DNA of 64,000 nt from the NCBI GenBank assembly GCA_017439665.1, contig JAFSIS010000074.1, forward strand, positions 3,632 to 67,631. The letters are read 5' to 3'. The stretch comes from Lachnospiraceae bacterium. Its GTDB lineage: Bacteria > Bacillota > Clostridia > Lachnospirales > Lachnospiraceae. The position numbers and the translations under genes are program-made. Positions 56,169 through 64,000 of the stretch are shown piece after piece (within the stretch, counting starts at the first letter, position 1; each line of letters opens with the position of its first letter). The notes below the pieces were generated by a model. It saw only the letters and a list, made by a program, of their open reading frames with translations. It was not told the DNA's origin and did no database searches.

Positions 56169-58349
56169 ATGAAAGATAAGCTGTATCAATTAATGAACTG
56201 GCCTCAAATTGAGGGAATCGTATATTCGGATGAGGATCATCCGGAAGAAATCCTGGGTCCTCATCCGGTAGGGAGCAGCATTCTCTATCAGGCATTTTTC
56301 CCTTTTGCCAGAAAGGTAACTCTGGTTTTAGAAGAAAAAGGAAGACGGGTTGCTATGGAAAAAGCAGATGAAGCCGGCTATTATGCAGCTACTGCGGCAG
56401 GAAAGCTTCCCGAAGCCTATCACTATGAACTTTCAGAAGAGGATGGTAAGGTAAGGATGATGAAAGATCCCTATGCCTTTTTAGTTCCTTTGGATAAGGA
56501 TGAGTTAAATAAATTTCATCATGGAATTCACTATGAACTGTATAAGCTTTTAGGAAGCCATCTGACCAGCGTAGACGGAGTAGAGGGTCTGCGTTTCACC
56601 GTCTGGATGCCAGATGCCGTACGGGTCAGTGTGGTAGGAGAATTTAATCATTGGGATGGAAGAGTTTATCCCATGAGCCGGGTGGGAAAATCCGATATCT
56701 TTACCCTCTTTATTCCCGGGTTAACGGAAACTACACCCTACCAATATGAGGTGAAATTTTCAGGAGGCAGGATCCTTCTTCAGGAGGACTCCTTTGGGGC
56801 ACCTGTGGCAGTGGAAGAGAAGAGTTGTTCCTACAGCTTCTGGGAGGAAGACATATCCTGGAAGGATGGGGAATATGTTGCAAAAAGAGGCAGCCGGGAT
56901 AAGGGTATGTTTTTCTATCAGGCAGGCAGAGAAGAACTGCTTAAACCGGAGAAGCTGGTAGAGAAGCTTACTTCGGGGGGCTATACTCATGTGATTCTGC
57001 CGGAAGCAGCGGGAGGAAAGCATTTTTATCATTTTTCTCTTGGCTTTGGCAAGAAGTATGGAATTAAGAAACTGGTAGATCAGCTTCACCAGGCAGAGAT
57101 TGGTGTAGTTCTTCGTTGGAATATCGGCAGCATCCATGGAATGGGAAATAAGGCCTTCAGCAATTTCTATCTGGCCAATGTGCTTTATATCATGGAGCAG
57201 TACCATTTTGACGGAATTGTTTTTTCCCAGCTTGCTTCTTTATTGTATCTGGATTATGGAAAAGAAGAGGGCCAGTGGAAGCCTAACCTTTATGGTGGAA
57301 ATGAAAATCTGGATGCAGTAGAATGGCTTAAGCATATGAACAGCATCCTGAGAAAAAAGATTGAGGGAGTACTGATCCTGGCAAAGCTGGATGCCATCTG
57401 GCCGGGAGTGACGGACAGTCTGGAGGAGGAAGGACTGGGCTTCGATTATCGCTATGATATGGATTTTACGGGAGATTTTCTTTCCTATCTGGAAAGTGAT
57501 CCCTATTTCCGTTCCGGCATTCATGGTAAAATTACGGATCGTATGCTTTATGCCTATCAGGAGCGTTTTTTAATGGCCTTTGGCGAGGAATGTACCAATC
57601 TTTGGGAAAGGCTGCCGGGAAATGAGGAAGATAAATTCAGGACCAGTAAGCTGGCAGTAGCTTATCCCATGTTTTTACCGGGGAAAATGATGTCTTCCTT
57701 CAAGGCACCGGGAAAATATGAGAAGCTTTTATCACAGATGACCAGAGAATGCTATACCTGGAACCATACCCTTTCCCCACTGGAAAAGGAAGATGAGCAG
57801 GGAGAGAACTTCCGGTGGATCAATTGTTTCCAGCATAATGACTGTGCAGTCAGCTTCTATCGGGAGAGTGGGGAAGAAAAGGGAATCGTTCTGGTAGTGG
57901 CTAATTTTGCCAATGCACCAAAGACGGGCTTTACCCTTGGTGTTCCCCATGAAGGAAAATATAAGCTGTTTTTTACTACTGAGAGCAAAGCTTATGGGGG
58001 AAAAACGGATACGGATCAGCCTGTGATCTATGCGAAGGAGCAGGAATGGGATGGGCTGCAGCAGTCTATTACGGTGGACCTGCAGCCGCTTTCCCTGCAG
58101 GCCTATGTTTTTGTGCCCTATACGGAAGAAGAAATTTATGCAATTGCCCATAAAAAGGCAGAGGAGATACGTCTTCAGCTGGTGAAGGAGGCAGAGGATA
58201 AGGCCAGACAGCTGAAAAAAAGCAGCTTGAAGGATACTCTGGCAATTCAGGTAGAAAAATGCCAGGAAGCCATTGCTGCAGGAAGTGAAACGAAGAAAAA
58301 GCTGGAAAGCAAGCACAGAAGCACTCCGGGAAAAAAGAATAAAAGCTGA
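56169..58349 (+). CDS. GlgB-like (1,4-alpha-glucan branching enzyme family) protein, predicted catalytically inactive, with Lys-rich C-terminal tail
   Basis: CBM48 (RFTVWMPDAVRVSVVGEFNHWDG) and the GH13_9 scaffold are recognisable (LYLDYGKEEGQWKPNLYGGNENLDAVEWLK). Region I reads LRWNIGS (canonical DWVPGH), II DGIVFSQLAS (DGLRVDAVAS), III LAKLDAIWP (IAEESTAWP), IV AFGEEC (LSHDEV). Confidence 0.8.
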   Translation: MKDKLYQLMNWPQIEGIVYSDEDHPEEILGPHPVGSSILYQAFFPFARKVTLVLEEKGRRVAMEKADEAGYYAATAAGKLPEAYHYELSEEDGKVRMMKDPYAFLVPLDKDELNKFHHGIHYELYKLLGSHLTSVDGVEGLRFTVWMPDAVRVSVVGEFNHWDGRVYPMSRVGKSDIFTLFIPGLTETTPYQYEVKFSGGRILLQEDSFGAPVAVEEKSCSYSFWEEDISWKDGEYVAKRGSRDKGMFFYQAGREELLKPEKLVEKLTSGGYTHVILPEAAGGKHFYHFSLGFGKKYGIKKLVDQLHQAEIGVVLRWNIGSIHGMGNKAFSNFYLANVLYIMEQYHFDGIVFSQLASLLYLDYGKEEGQWKPNLYGGNENLDAVEWLKHMNSILRKKIEGVLILAKLDAIWPGVTDSLEEEGLGFDYRYDMDFTGDFLSYLESDPYFRSGIHGKITDRMLYAYQERFLMAFGEECTNLWERLPGNEEDKFRTSKLAVAYPMFLPGKMMSSFKAPGKYEKLLSQMTRECYTWNHTLSPLEKEDEQGENFRWINCFQHNDCAVSFYRESGEEKGIVLVVANFANAPKTGFTLGVPHEGKYKLFFTTESKAYGGKTDTDQPVIYAKEQEWDGLQQSITVDLQPLSLQAYVFVPYTEEEIYAIAHKKAEEIRLQLVKEAEDKARQLKKSSLKDTLAIQVEKCQEAIAAGSETKKKLESKHRSTPGKKNKS

Positions 58350-58445
58350 AATCAATCAAGAATGTGATAGTAAGAGGTTGAACTGTCAAAAAAGTCTTCG
58401 CCCCTTGAGATGAGGATTTGTCAAACAGCAGAATGAGAGGAAAAG

Positions 58446-59279
58446 ATGCAGGAAATTGATATTGGTGTAATTGAAAAATTTTTACAGGAGCTGCCAGAAA
58501 AGAGTTTCCATCTGGCCATCCGGGTAGGCCTGGCGGCCCTGGCCTTTGTTATCGGCATGCAGGTGATCAAATTGATTCGCAGGATCATCAAAAAATCCCT
58601 GACCAGAATGAATGCAGATGTGGGAGTGGTTCAGTTTTTAGACTCCTTTATGAAGATTGCTCTGTATCTGGTACTGGTCATGCTGATCCTTACCGGCTTC
58701 GGTGTGGATGCAGCCAGTATCATTGCTGTGATTGGTTCTGCCGGAGTGGCTATAGGTCTTGCTCTTCAGGGAAGTCTTTCTAATCTGGCAGGAGGAGTAC
58801 TGATTCTTCTGCTTAAGCCCTTCAGGGTGGGGGATTATATTATTGAAGATACTAATAAGAATGAGGGCACTGTATCGGAGATTCAGATTTTTTATACCAA
58901 GCTGACCACTCCGGATAACCGGATCATCGTTCTTCCCAACGGTACCCTTGCCAATTCCAGTCTGATCAATGTAACGGATACACCCAGCCGTCGGGTGGAC
59001 ATTCAGGTGGGAATATCCTATAACAGCGATATCCAAAAGGCTAAAGAAGCACTTCAGGAGCTTTTGGAAAGAGATGAGAAGATCCTGAAGGATAAGGAAA
59101 GACTGGTGTACGTGGACAGTCTGGCTGACAGTGCAGTGATCATCGGAATCCGCTGCTGGTATTTAAACGAAGATTTCTGGCAGGGAAAGTGCCGGCTTAC
59201 GGAAAACGTTAAATATACTCTCGATGAAAACGGAATAGATATTCCTTTTCCCCAAGTGGAGGTTCATCTGAAAAATTAG
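58446..59279 (+). CDS. mechanosensitive ion channel family protein (MscS-like)
   Basis: Three TM helices, then the MscS beta-domain (FRVGDYI...GTVSEIQIFYTKLTTPDNRIIVLPNG). Confidence 0.9.
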   Translation: MQEIDIGVIEKFLQELPEKSFHLAIRVGLAALAFVIGMQVIKLIRRIIKKSLTRMNADVGVVQFLDSFMKIALYLVLVMLILTGFGVDAASIIAVIGSAGVAIGLALQGSLSNLAGGVLILLLKPFRVGDYIIEDTNKNEGTVSEIQIFYTKLTTPDNRIIVLPNGTLANSSLINVTDTPSRRVDIQVGISYNSDIQKAKEALQELLERDEKILKDKERLVYVDSLADSAVIIGIRCWYLNEDFWQGKCRLTENVKYTLDENGIDIPFPQVEVHLKN

Positions 59280-59281
59280 GC

Positions 59282-59310
59282 TTGTCAAAATGGCAATTAC
59301 CTTATATAAT
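59282..59310 (+). promoter_or_regulatory. sigma-A-like promoter of tRNA-Thr
   Basis: TTGTCA, 17-nt spacer, TATAAT, 36 nt upstream of the mature tRNA 5' end. Confidence 0.55.
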
Positions 59311-59346
59311 GTAATCCGTGGGTGTCCTTTGACACCCACGAGTAAT

Positions 59347-59419
<73 letters not shown>

Positions 59420-59424
59420 TTAAG

Positions 59425-59463
59425 GTTACTGTTACGATCTTGATCCTGACAGTAACTTTTTTT
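59425..59463. terminator. terminator after tRNA-Thr (also faces the convergent ABC permease gene)
   Basis: GTTACTGT/ACAGTAAC stem followed by TTTTTTT. Confidence 0.7.
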
Positions 59464-59472
59464 ATGCTCTTT

Positions 59473-60285
59473 TTATCCCCATTTCTTTTCCAGAAGATGG
59501 ATCAGCTGATAAAGTACAATGGCAATTACACAGAGAATAAGGATGGATAGGATCAAAAGATCCAGCTTAAAGATCTGGCTTCCGTAAATAATTAAATAGC
59601 CAAGACCTTCCTTGGCAGCAAGGAATTCTCCAATGATCACGCCCACCAGGCAGAGCCCGATATTGACCTTCATATTGCTGATAATGACAGGGATAGATGA
59701 AGGAAGGATTACCTTGGTCAGGGTGTCTTTTTTGTTGCCGCCCAGGGTATAGATGAGTTTGATCTTTTCCTCCTCGACCTGGGAAAAACCGGTGTACATA
59801 TTAATGATGGAGCCAAACAAGGCAACCGACATTCCGGCAATAATGATGGTTCTCATTCCCGTTCCCAGCCATACAATGATCAGAGGAGCAAGTGCCGATT
59901 TTGGGAGGGCATTGAGGATCACCAGAACCGGCTCCAGAACTTCAGCAGCACGGGGGAATAGGATCAGCCCGATAGCGGCCAGAAGAGAAAACAGGGTGAC
60001 CAGAAGAAAGCTGATACAGGTTTCCCACAGGGTAATCCCAATATGATTCCAGATCACATAGTCCTTAGTCATTTCCAAAAAGAGGGAGAAGATTCTTAAA
60101 GGACTGCTGAAAAAGAAGCTGTCCAAAAGCCTCAGTGCCACACTTCCTTCCCATAATAGCAGAAAGCCTGTAAGAAGCAGAAAACGGCCCATAACGATCA
60201 TCAGCCTGTGCTGCCGATATGTTTTTAAATAGTTGATCTGCCCCAGAGAAAGGGGAAGCTCCTGTTTAACCAATTCCTTTTTCAT
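59473..60285 (-). CDS. ABC transporter permease (NitT/TauT-type)
   Basis: Six-TM permease. ATG 60285 (MKKELVKQ...) overlaps the end of the upstream ATPase gene. The ORF-track start at 60348 lies inside that gene. Confidence 0.85.
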   Translation of the reverse strand: MKKELVKQELPLSLGQINYLKTYRQHRLMIVMGRFLLLTGFLLLWEGSVALRLLDSFFFSSPLRIFSLFLEMTKDYVIWNHIGITLWETCISFLLVTLFSLLAAIGLILFPRAAEVLEPVLVILNALPKSALAPLIIVWLGTGMRTIIIAGMSVALFGSIINMYTGFSQVEEEKIKLIYTLGGNKKDTLTKVILPSSIPVIISNMKVNIGLCLVGVIIGEFLAAKEGLGYLIIYGSQIFKLDLLILSILILCVIAIVLYQLIHLLEKKWG

Positions 60286-61081
60286 CCCATAAGTCCTCCC
60301 ATAACAGATTAAAATAGCGATTAAATTCCGGTGCACTGCGGTAGCCAAGAGGCGAAGAGTCGGTGATCGTAAGAGAAATATCCACCATATTTTTTATCTT
60401 TGCCGGTCTTTTCGTCAATACGATCACTCTGTCCGCCAGGCTGATGGCTTCCGAAAGATTGTGGGTTACCAGAATGGCCGTTTTGTTATTTTCACGGATG
60501 ATCTTACCGATATCACCGGAAACGGAAAGCCGAGTCTGATAATCCAGGGCGCTGAAGGGTTCATCCAGAAGCAGTATTTCGGGATTTAAGGCTAGAGTCC
60601 GGATGAGGGCAGCACGCTGGCGCATTCCGCCGGAAAGCTGAGAAGGTTTGCAGCCCTTAAATTCTGAAAGACCATATTTTTCCAATAAAGAGGAAACGTA
60701 ACCCAGATTGGCTCCGGTCATCTGGTTTTTGAGCTCCAGTCCCAGAGTCACATTTTCCCAGATGGTGCGCCAGCCAAAGAGATGGTCGTGCTGGAGCATA
60801 TAGCCGATCTGTGGAATATCTGCCTGCCGAACAGCTTCGTAGAGATCTTTGCCATGAAAGGTAATCCTGCCGGATACAGGTCTGATCATACCGGCCAGCA
60901 GATTCAATAAGGTAGATTTGCCGCAGCCACTGGGGCCCACAATAGCGAGAAACTCTCCTGGGGATACCTCAAAGGAAATCCCGTCCAGTGCCTTGGTTTC
61001 GCCGGAGAGAGTATGGTAGGAATAGGAGACATTTTCCAGAGACAGTACAGGTTGTTTATCAGGATAAGTAGGATAATCCAT
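60266..61081 (-). CDS. ABC transporter ATP-binding protein (NitT/TauT-type)
   Basis: Walker A GPSGCGKST, signature LSGGMRQR, Walker B LLLDEP. RBS GGAGGTACCT before the ATG. Confidence 0.9.
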   Translation of the reverse strand: MDYPTYPDKQPVLSLENVSYSYHTLSGETKALDGISFEVSPGEFLAIVGPSGCGKSTLLNLLAGMIRPVSGRITFHGKDLYEAVRQADIPQIGYMLQHDHLFGWRTIWENVTLGLELKNQMTGANLGYVSSLLEKYGLSEFKGCKPSQLSGGMRQRAALIRTLALNPEILLLDEPFSALDYQTRLSVSGDIGKIIRENNKTAILVTHNLSEAISLADRVIVLTKRPAKIKNMVDISLTITDSSPLGYRSAPEFNRYFNLLWEDLWDEKGIG

Positions 61082-61195
61082 AGGTACCTCCTAAGCATAA
61101 CGATAGTTTAGCATATGAAAAAAAGGAAAAAGGGTGAATTTTGTTGAAGTTATGTCCGTGATATAAAGACAAATGATTTTCTGAGAAAAACATTC

Positions 61196-61224
61196 TTGCC
61201 TTACCTGAGAACTTGTGCTATTAT
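61196..61224 (+). promoter_or_regulatory. sigma-A-like promoter of argH-asd
   Basis: TTGCCT, 17-nt spacer, TGcTATTAT. Confidence 0.45.
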
Positions 61225-61261
61225 CAAATGCAGATTAAATTTCCAGATGGAGGATGAATGA

Positions 61262-62656
61262 ATGGCTCAGTTATGGGGTGGCCGTTTTACCAAAGAAACG
61301 GACCAATTAGTATATCAGTTTAACGCATCCATTTCTTTTGATCAGCGTTTTTTCAGGGAAGACATAGAAGGCAGCATTGCTCATGTGGTTATGCTGGAAA
61401 AACAGGGGATTCTCACAGGAGAAGAAAAGGATGCCATCGTAAAGGGACTGACCGGTATTCGTCAGGATGTAGAAGAAGGCAGACTTGCGATCACGGATGA
61501 ATATGAGGATGTGCACAGCTTTGTGGAGGCAAATCTGATCAGCCGCATCGGAGATGCCGGTAAAAAGCTGCATACAGGAAGAAGCCGTAACGATCAGGTG
61601 GCTCTGGATATGAAACTTTATACCCGTAACCAGGTGGTAGAGATCGATGACAGGCTTAAGGAATTGCTGCAGGTATTGAATAAGATTATGGAAGAAAACC
61701 TCCATACCTATATGCCCGGCTTTACCCATCTGCAGAAGGCACAGCCCATTACTCTGGCCCACCATATGGGAGCCTATTTTGAAATGTTTAAACGGGACAG
61801 AGGACGTATGCGGGATATTTACAGCCGGATGAATTTCTCTCCTCTGGGAAGCGGGGCACTGGCAGGAACCACCTATCCCCTGGATCGGTATTATACTGCT
61901 TCTTTGCTGGGCTTTGAGGGGCCTACTGACAATAGTATGGACAGTGTATCCGACAGGGACTATGTGATCGAATTATTAAGTGCCTTATCCACGATCATGA
62001 TGCATCTCAGCCGTTTTTCCGAAGAGATCATTATCTGGAACTGTAATGAATACGGCTTTGTAGAGATTGATGATACCTATTCTACGGGAAGCAGCATCAT
62101 GCCTCAGAAAAAGAATCCGGATATTGCAGAGCTGGTGAGGAGCAAGACCGGCCGTGTATACGGTGCATTAATGGCTATCCTGACCACCATGAAGGGAATC
62201 CCCCTGGCCTATAATAAGGATATGCAGGAGGATAAGGAGATGACCTTCGATGCCATTGATACGGTGAAGGGGTGTTTACAGCTGTTCACCGGAATGATGG
62301 AGTCCATGACCTTTAAAAAGGACAGGATGGAAACCAGTGCCATGATGGGCTTCACCAATGCCACCGACGCGGCAGATTATCTGGTAAAAAAAGGTGTTCC
62401 TTTCCGGGATGCCCACAGCATCATCGGTCGTCTGGTGCTTTATTGTATAGACAAAGGATCTTCCATAGATGCTTTAACCATAGAAGAATTAAAACAGATC
62501 AGTGCTGTTTTTGAGGAGGATGTGTACCGGGAGATCAGTCTGGAAACCTGTGTGGAGAAAAGGCTGACCCACGGAGCTCCCAGTGCACAAATTATGAAAA
62601 AGCAGGTGGAGGCCAATGCCCAATATTTAAAAGAAGGAGACTGGAAACATGAGTGA
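61262..62656 (+). CDS. argH: argininosuccinate lyase
   Basis: WGGRF N-terminus, HTGRSRNDQV, and the GSSIMPQKKNPD signature. Confidence 0.95.
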   Translation: MAQLWGGRFTKETDQLVYQFNASISFDQRFFREDIEGSIAHVVMLEKQGILTGEEKDAIVKGLTGIRQDVEEGRLAITDEYEDVHSFVEANLISRIGDAGKKLHTGRSRNDQVALDMKLYTRNQVVEIDDRLKELLQVLNKIMEENLHTYMPGFTHLQKAQPITLAHHMGAYFEMFKRDRGRMRDIYSRMNFSPLGSGALAGTTYPLDRYYTASLLGFEGPTDNSMDSVSDRDYVIELLSALSTIMMHLSRFSEEIIIWNCNEYGFVEIDDTYSTGSSIMPQKKNPDIAELVRSKTGRVYGALMAILTTMKGIPLAYNKDMQEDKEMTFDAIDTVKGCLQLFTGMMESMTFKKDRMETSAMMGFTNATDAADYLVKKGVPFRDAHSIIGRLVLYCIDKGSSIDALTIEELKQISAVFEEDVYREISLETCVEKRLTHGAPSAQIMKKQVEANAQYLKEGDWKHE

Positions 62657-63734
62657 CAGATTAAAAGTAGGAATTTTAGGCGGAACCGGAATGGTAGGGC
62701 AGAGATTTATTTCTCTTCTGGAAAATCATCCCTGGTTTGAGGTAACTACCATTGCCGCCAGCGAAAGAAGTGCAGGAAAAACCTATGAGGAAGCGGTAGG
62801 GGGAAGATGGAAAATGACTACTCCCATGCCGGAGGCCGTTAAAAAACTGGTGGTAATGAATGTAAATGAGGTAGAAGAAGTAGCTGCTGAGGTAGATTTT
62901 GTCTTTAGTGCTGTAGATATGAGCAAGGAAGAGATCAAGGCCATCGAAGAGGCCTATGCCAAAACAGAAACTCCTGTAGTTTCCAACAACAGTGCCCATC
63001 GCTGGACTCCTGACGTACCTATGGTGGTGCCGGAGATCAATCCCGAACATATGCAGGTCATCGAGTTTCAGAAAAAAAGACTGGGAACGACCAGAGGCTT
63101 TGTGGCAGTTAAGCCTAACTGCTCCATTCAAAGCTATGCACCTGTCTTAACTGCCTGGGCTGAATTTGAGCCTGTGGAGGTGGTAGCAACTACTTATCAG
63201 GCTATCAGTGGTGCAGGAAAGACCTTTGCAGACTGGCCGGAAATGGTAGAGAATATCATTCCTTACATCGGTGGAGAGGAAGAGAAGTCTGAAATGGAGC
63301 CCTTACGGATCTGGGGAAAGATTGAAGATGGAGTGATCAAGCCGGCCAAGGGACCTGTCATTACCTGCCAGTGTATCCGTGTACCCGTATTAAACGGTCA
63401 TACTGCTGCAGTGTTTGTGAAGTTCAAGAAAAAACCTACTAAGGAACAGCTGATCGAAAAATTAAGAAGCTTCAAGGGGGTACCTCAGGAGTTGAAGCTT
63501 CCCAGTGCACCTGGACAGTTTATCCAGTATCTGGAGGAGGATAACCGTCCCCAGGTGAAGCTGGATGTAGATTTTGAAAACGGAATGGGTGTCAGTGTAG
63601 GACGTATCCGTGAGGATAAGGTATATGACTTTAAATTTGTGGGTCTTTCCCACAATACGGTGCGAGGTGCAGCAGGCGGGGCAGTGCTTTGTGCTGAACT
63701 GTTAAAGGCACAGGGTTACATTACAAAGAAATAA
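62649..63734 (+). CDS. asd: aspartate-semialdehyde dehydrogenase
   Basis: VGILGGTGMVGQRF NAD site, active-site region KPNCSIQ, GLSHNTVRGAAGGA. Overlaps argH by 8 nt. Confidence 0.92.
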   Translation: MSDRLKVGILGGTGMVGQRFISLLENHPWFEVTTIAASERSAGKTYEEAVGGRWKMTTPMPEAVKKLVVMNVNEVEEVAAEVDFVFSAVDMSKEEIKAIEEAYAKTETPVVSNNSAHRWTPDVPMVVPEINPEHMQVIEFQKKRLGTTRGFVAVKPNCSIQSYAPVLTAWAEFEPVEVVATTYQAISGAGKTFADWPEMVENIIPYIGGEEEKSEMEPLRIWGKIEDGVIKPAKGPVITCQCIRVPVLNGHTAAVFVKFKKKPTKEQLIEKLRSFKGVPQELKLPSAPGQFIQYLEEDNRPQVKLDVDFENGMGVSVGRIREDKVYDFKFVGLSHNTVRGAAGGAVLCAELLKAQGYITKK

Positions 63735-63765
63735 CCAAAGACATGATTTAGGAAAGGACTATCCT

Positions 63766-64000
63766 ATGTTACCAGGAAGGGAAACAGAGCTGAAAGCTTT
63801 ATCCGGCTATTACGACCGTGTGGGAAGCCAGGTCATGGTCATTTATGGACAAAAGGGTGTGGGAAAAACCACCATGATCGAGGACTTCCTTGAAGATAAG
63901 AGTTATCTTTATTATGAGGCTGTTTCCTGCTCCACCAGACAACAGATGTTTTATCTGGGAAAGCACCTGAATGACATGGGATTTTCTTTGCCTGAATATC
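63766..64000 (+). CDS. ATP-binding protein (AAA/DUF234-like), 5' part only, runs off the window
   Basis: ATG 63766 follows AGGAAAGGA. Open to the end of the window. Walker A YGQKGVGKTT. Confidence 0.6.
   Translation, partial: MLPGRETELKALSGYYDRVGSQVMVIYGQKGVGKTTMIEDFLEDKSYLYYEAVSCSTRQQMFYLGKHLNDMGFSLPEY

Noticed and set aside
57732-58355. 207-aa and 106-aa minus-strand ORFs at the 3' end of the GlgB-like gene
   Set aside because: Antisense shadows of the Lys/Glu-rich tail. Leu/Phe-rich translation, no RBS or promoter.
61082-61260. CTGAGA motifs considered as a TPP riboswitch upstream of the ABC transporter
   Set aside because: The motifs are on the + strand, the wrong orientation for the minus-strand transporter. 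The other conserved TPP-riboswitch elements are missing.

Overview
The window looks like a chromosomal segment of a spore-forming, anaerobic Firmicute, probably Clostridia or Lachnospiraceae-like; that assignment is an inference from gene content (spoIVA, cotJABC, nrdDG, [FeFe]-hydrogenase, DegV, DUF1292, DUF1015). About 59 protein genes are packed densely, mostly on the + strand, with one tRNA-Thr(CGU). I saw no rRNA, no CRISPR array and no classical IS transposase. Most of the window is housekeeping. It includes a two-component pair, spoIVA, xpaC/telA, a purine salvage cluster, a MutS-like ATPase with RNase HI, nrdDG with an NrdR-type operator, dut, cotJABC, a hydrogenase and gltX. It also includes trpS, a potABCD-type operon, aroC, tgt-yajC, leuB/ilvD/ilvB, serC-serA, argH and asd. 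The parts housekeeping does not explain are these. (1) An accessory block at about 29.7-32.5 kb holds a Cys/Asp/Arg-rich tandem-repeat protein, followed by a promoter, a long structured leader and a three-gene operon of uncharacterised envelope or secreted coiled-coil proteins that share a paralogous module. This is my best candidate for an undescribed system. (2) Two GH13 homologues, one GlgX-like and one GlgB-like, keep their CBM48 and scaffold but have lost the catalytic residues. (3) An AT-rich insertion carrying an Rpn-family PD-(D/E)XK nuclease sits between serA and the DUF1015 gene and has a possible internal C-terminal ORF. (4) leuB carries a one-base frameshift. (5) A membrane-anchored MutS-like ATPase appears translationally coupled to RNase HI. 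All calls come from reading motifs in the supplied translations and the DNA by eye. No database search was run, so family names are recognition-based and novelty is unverified.
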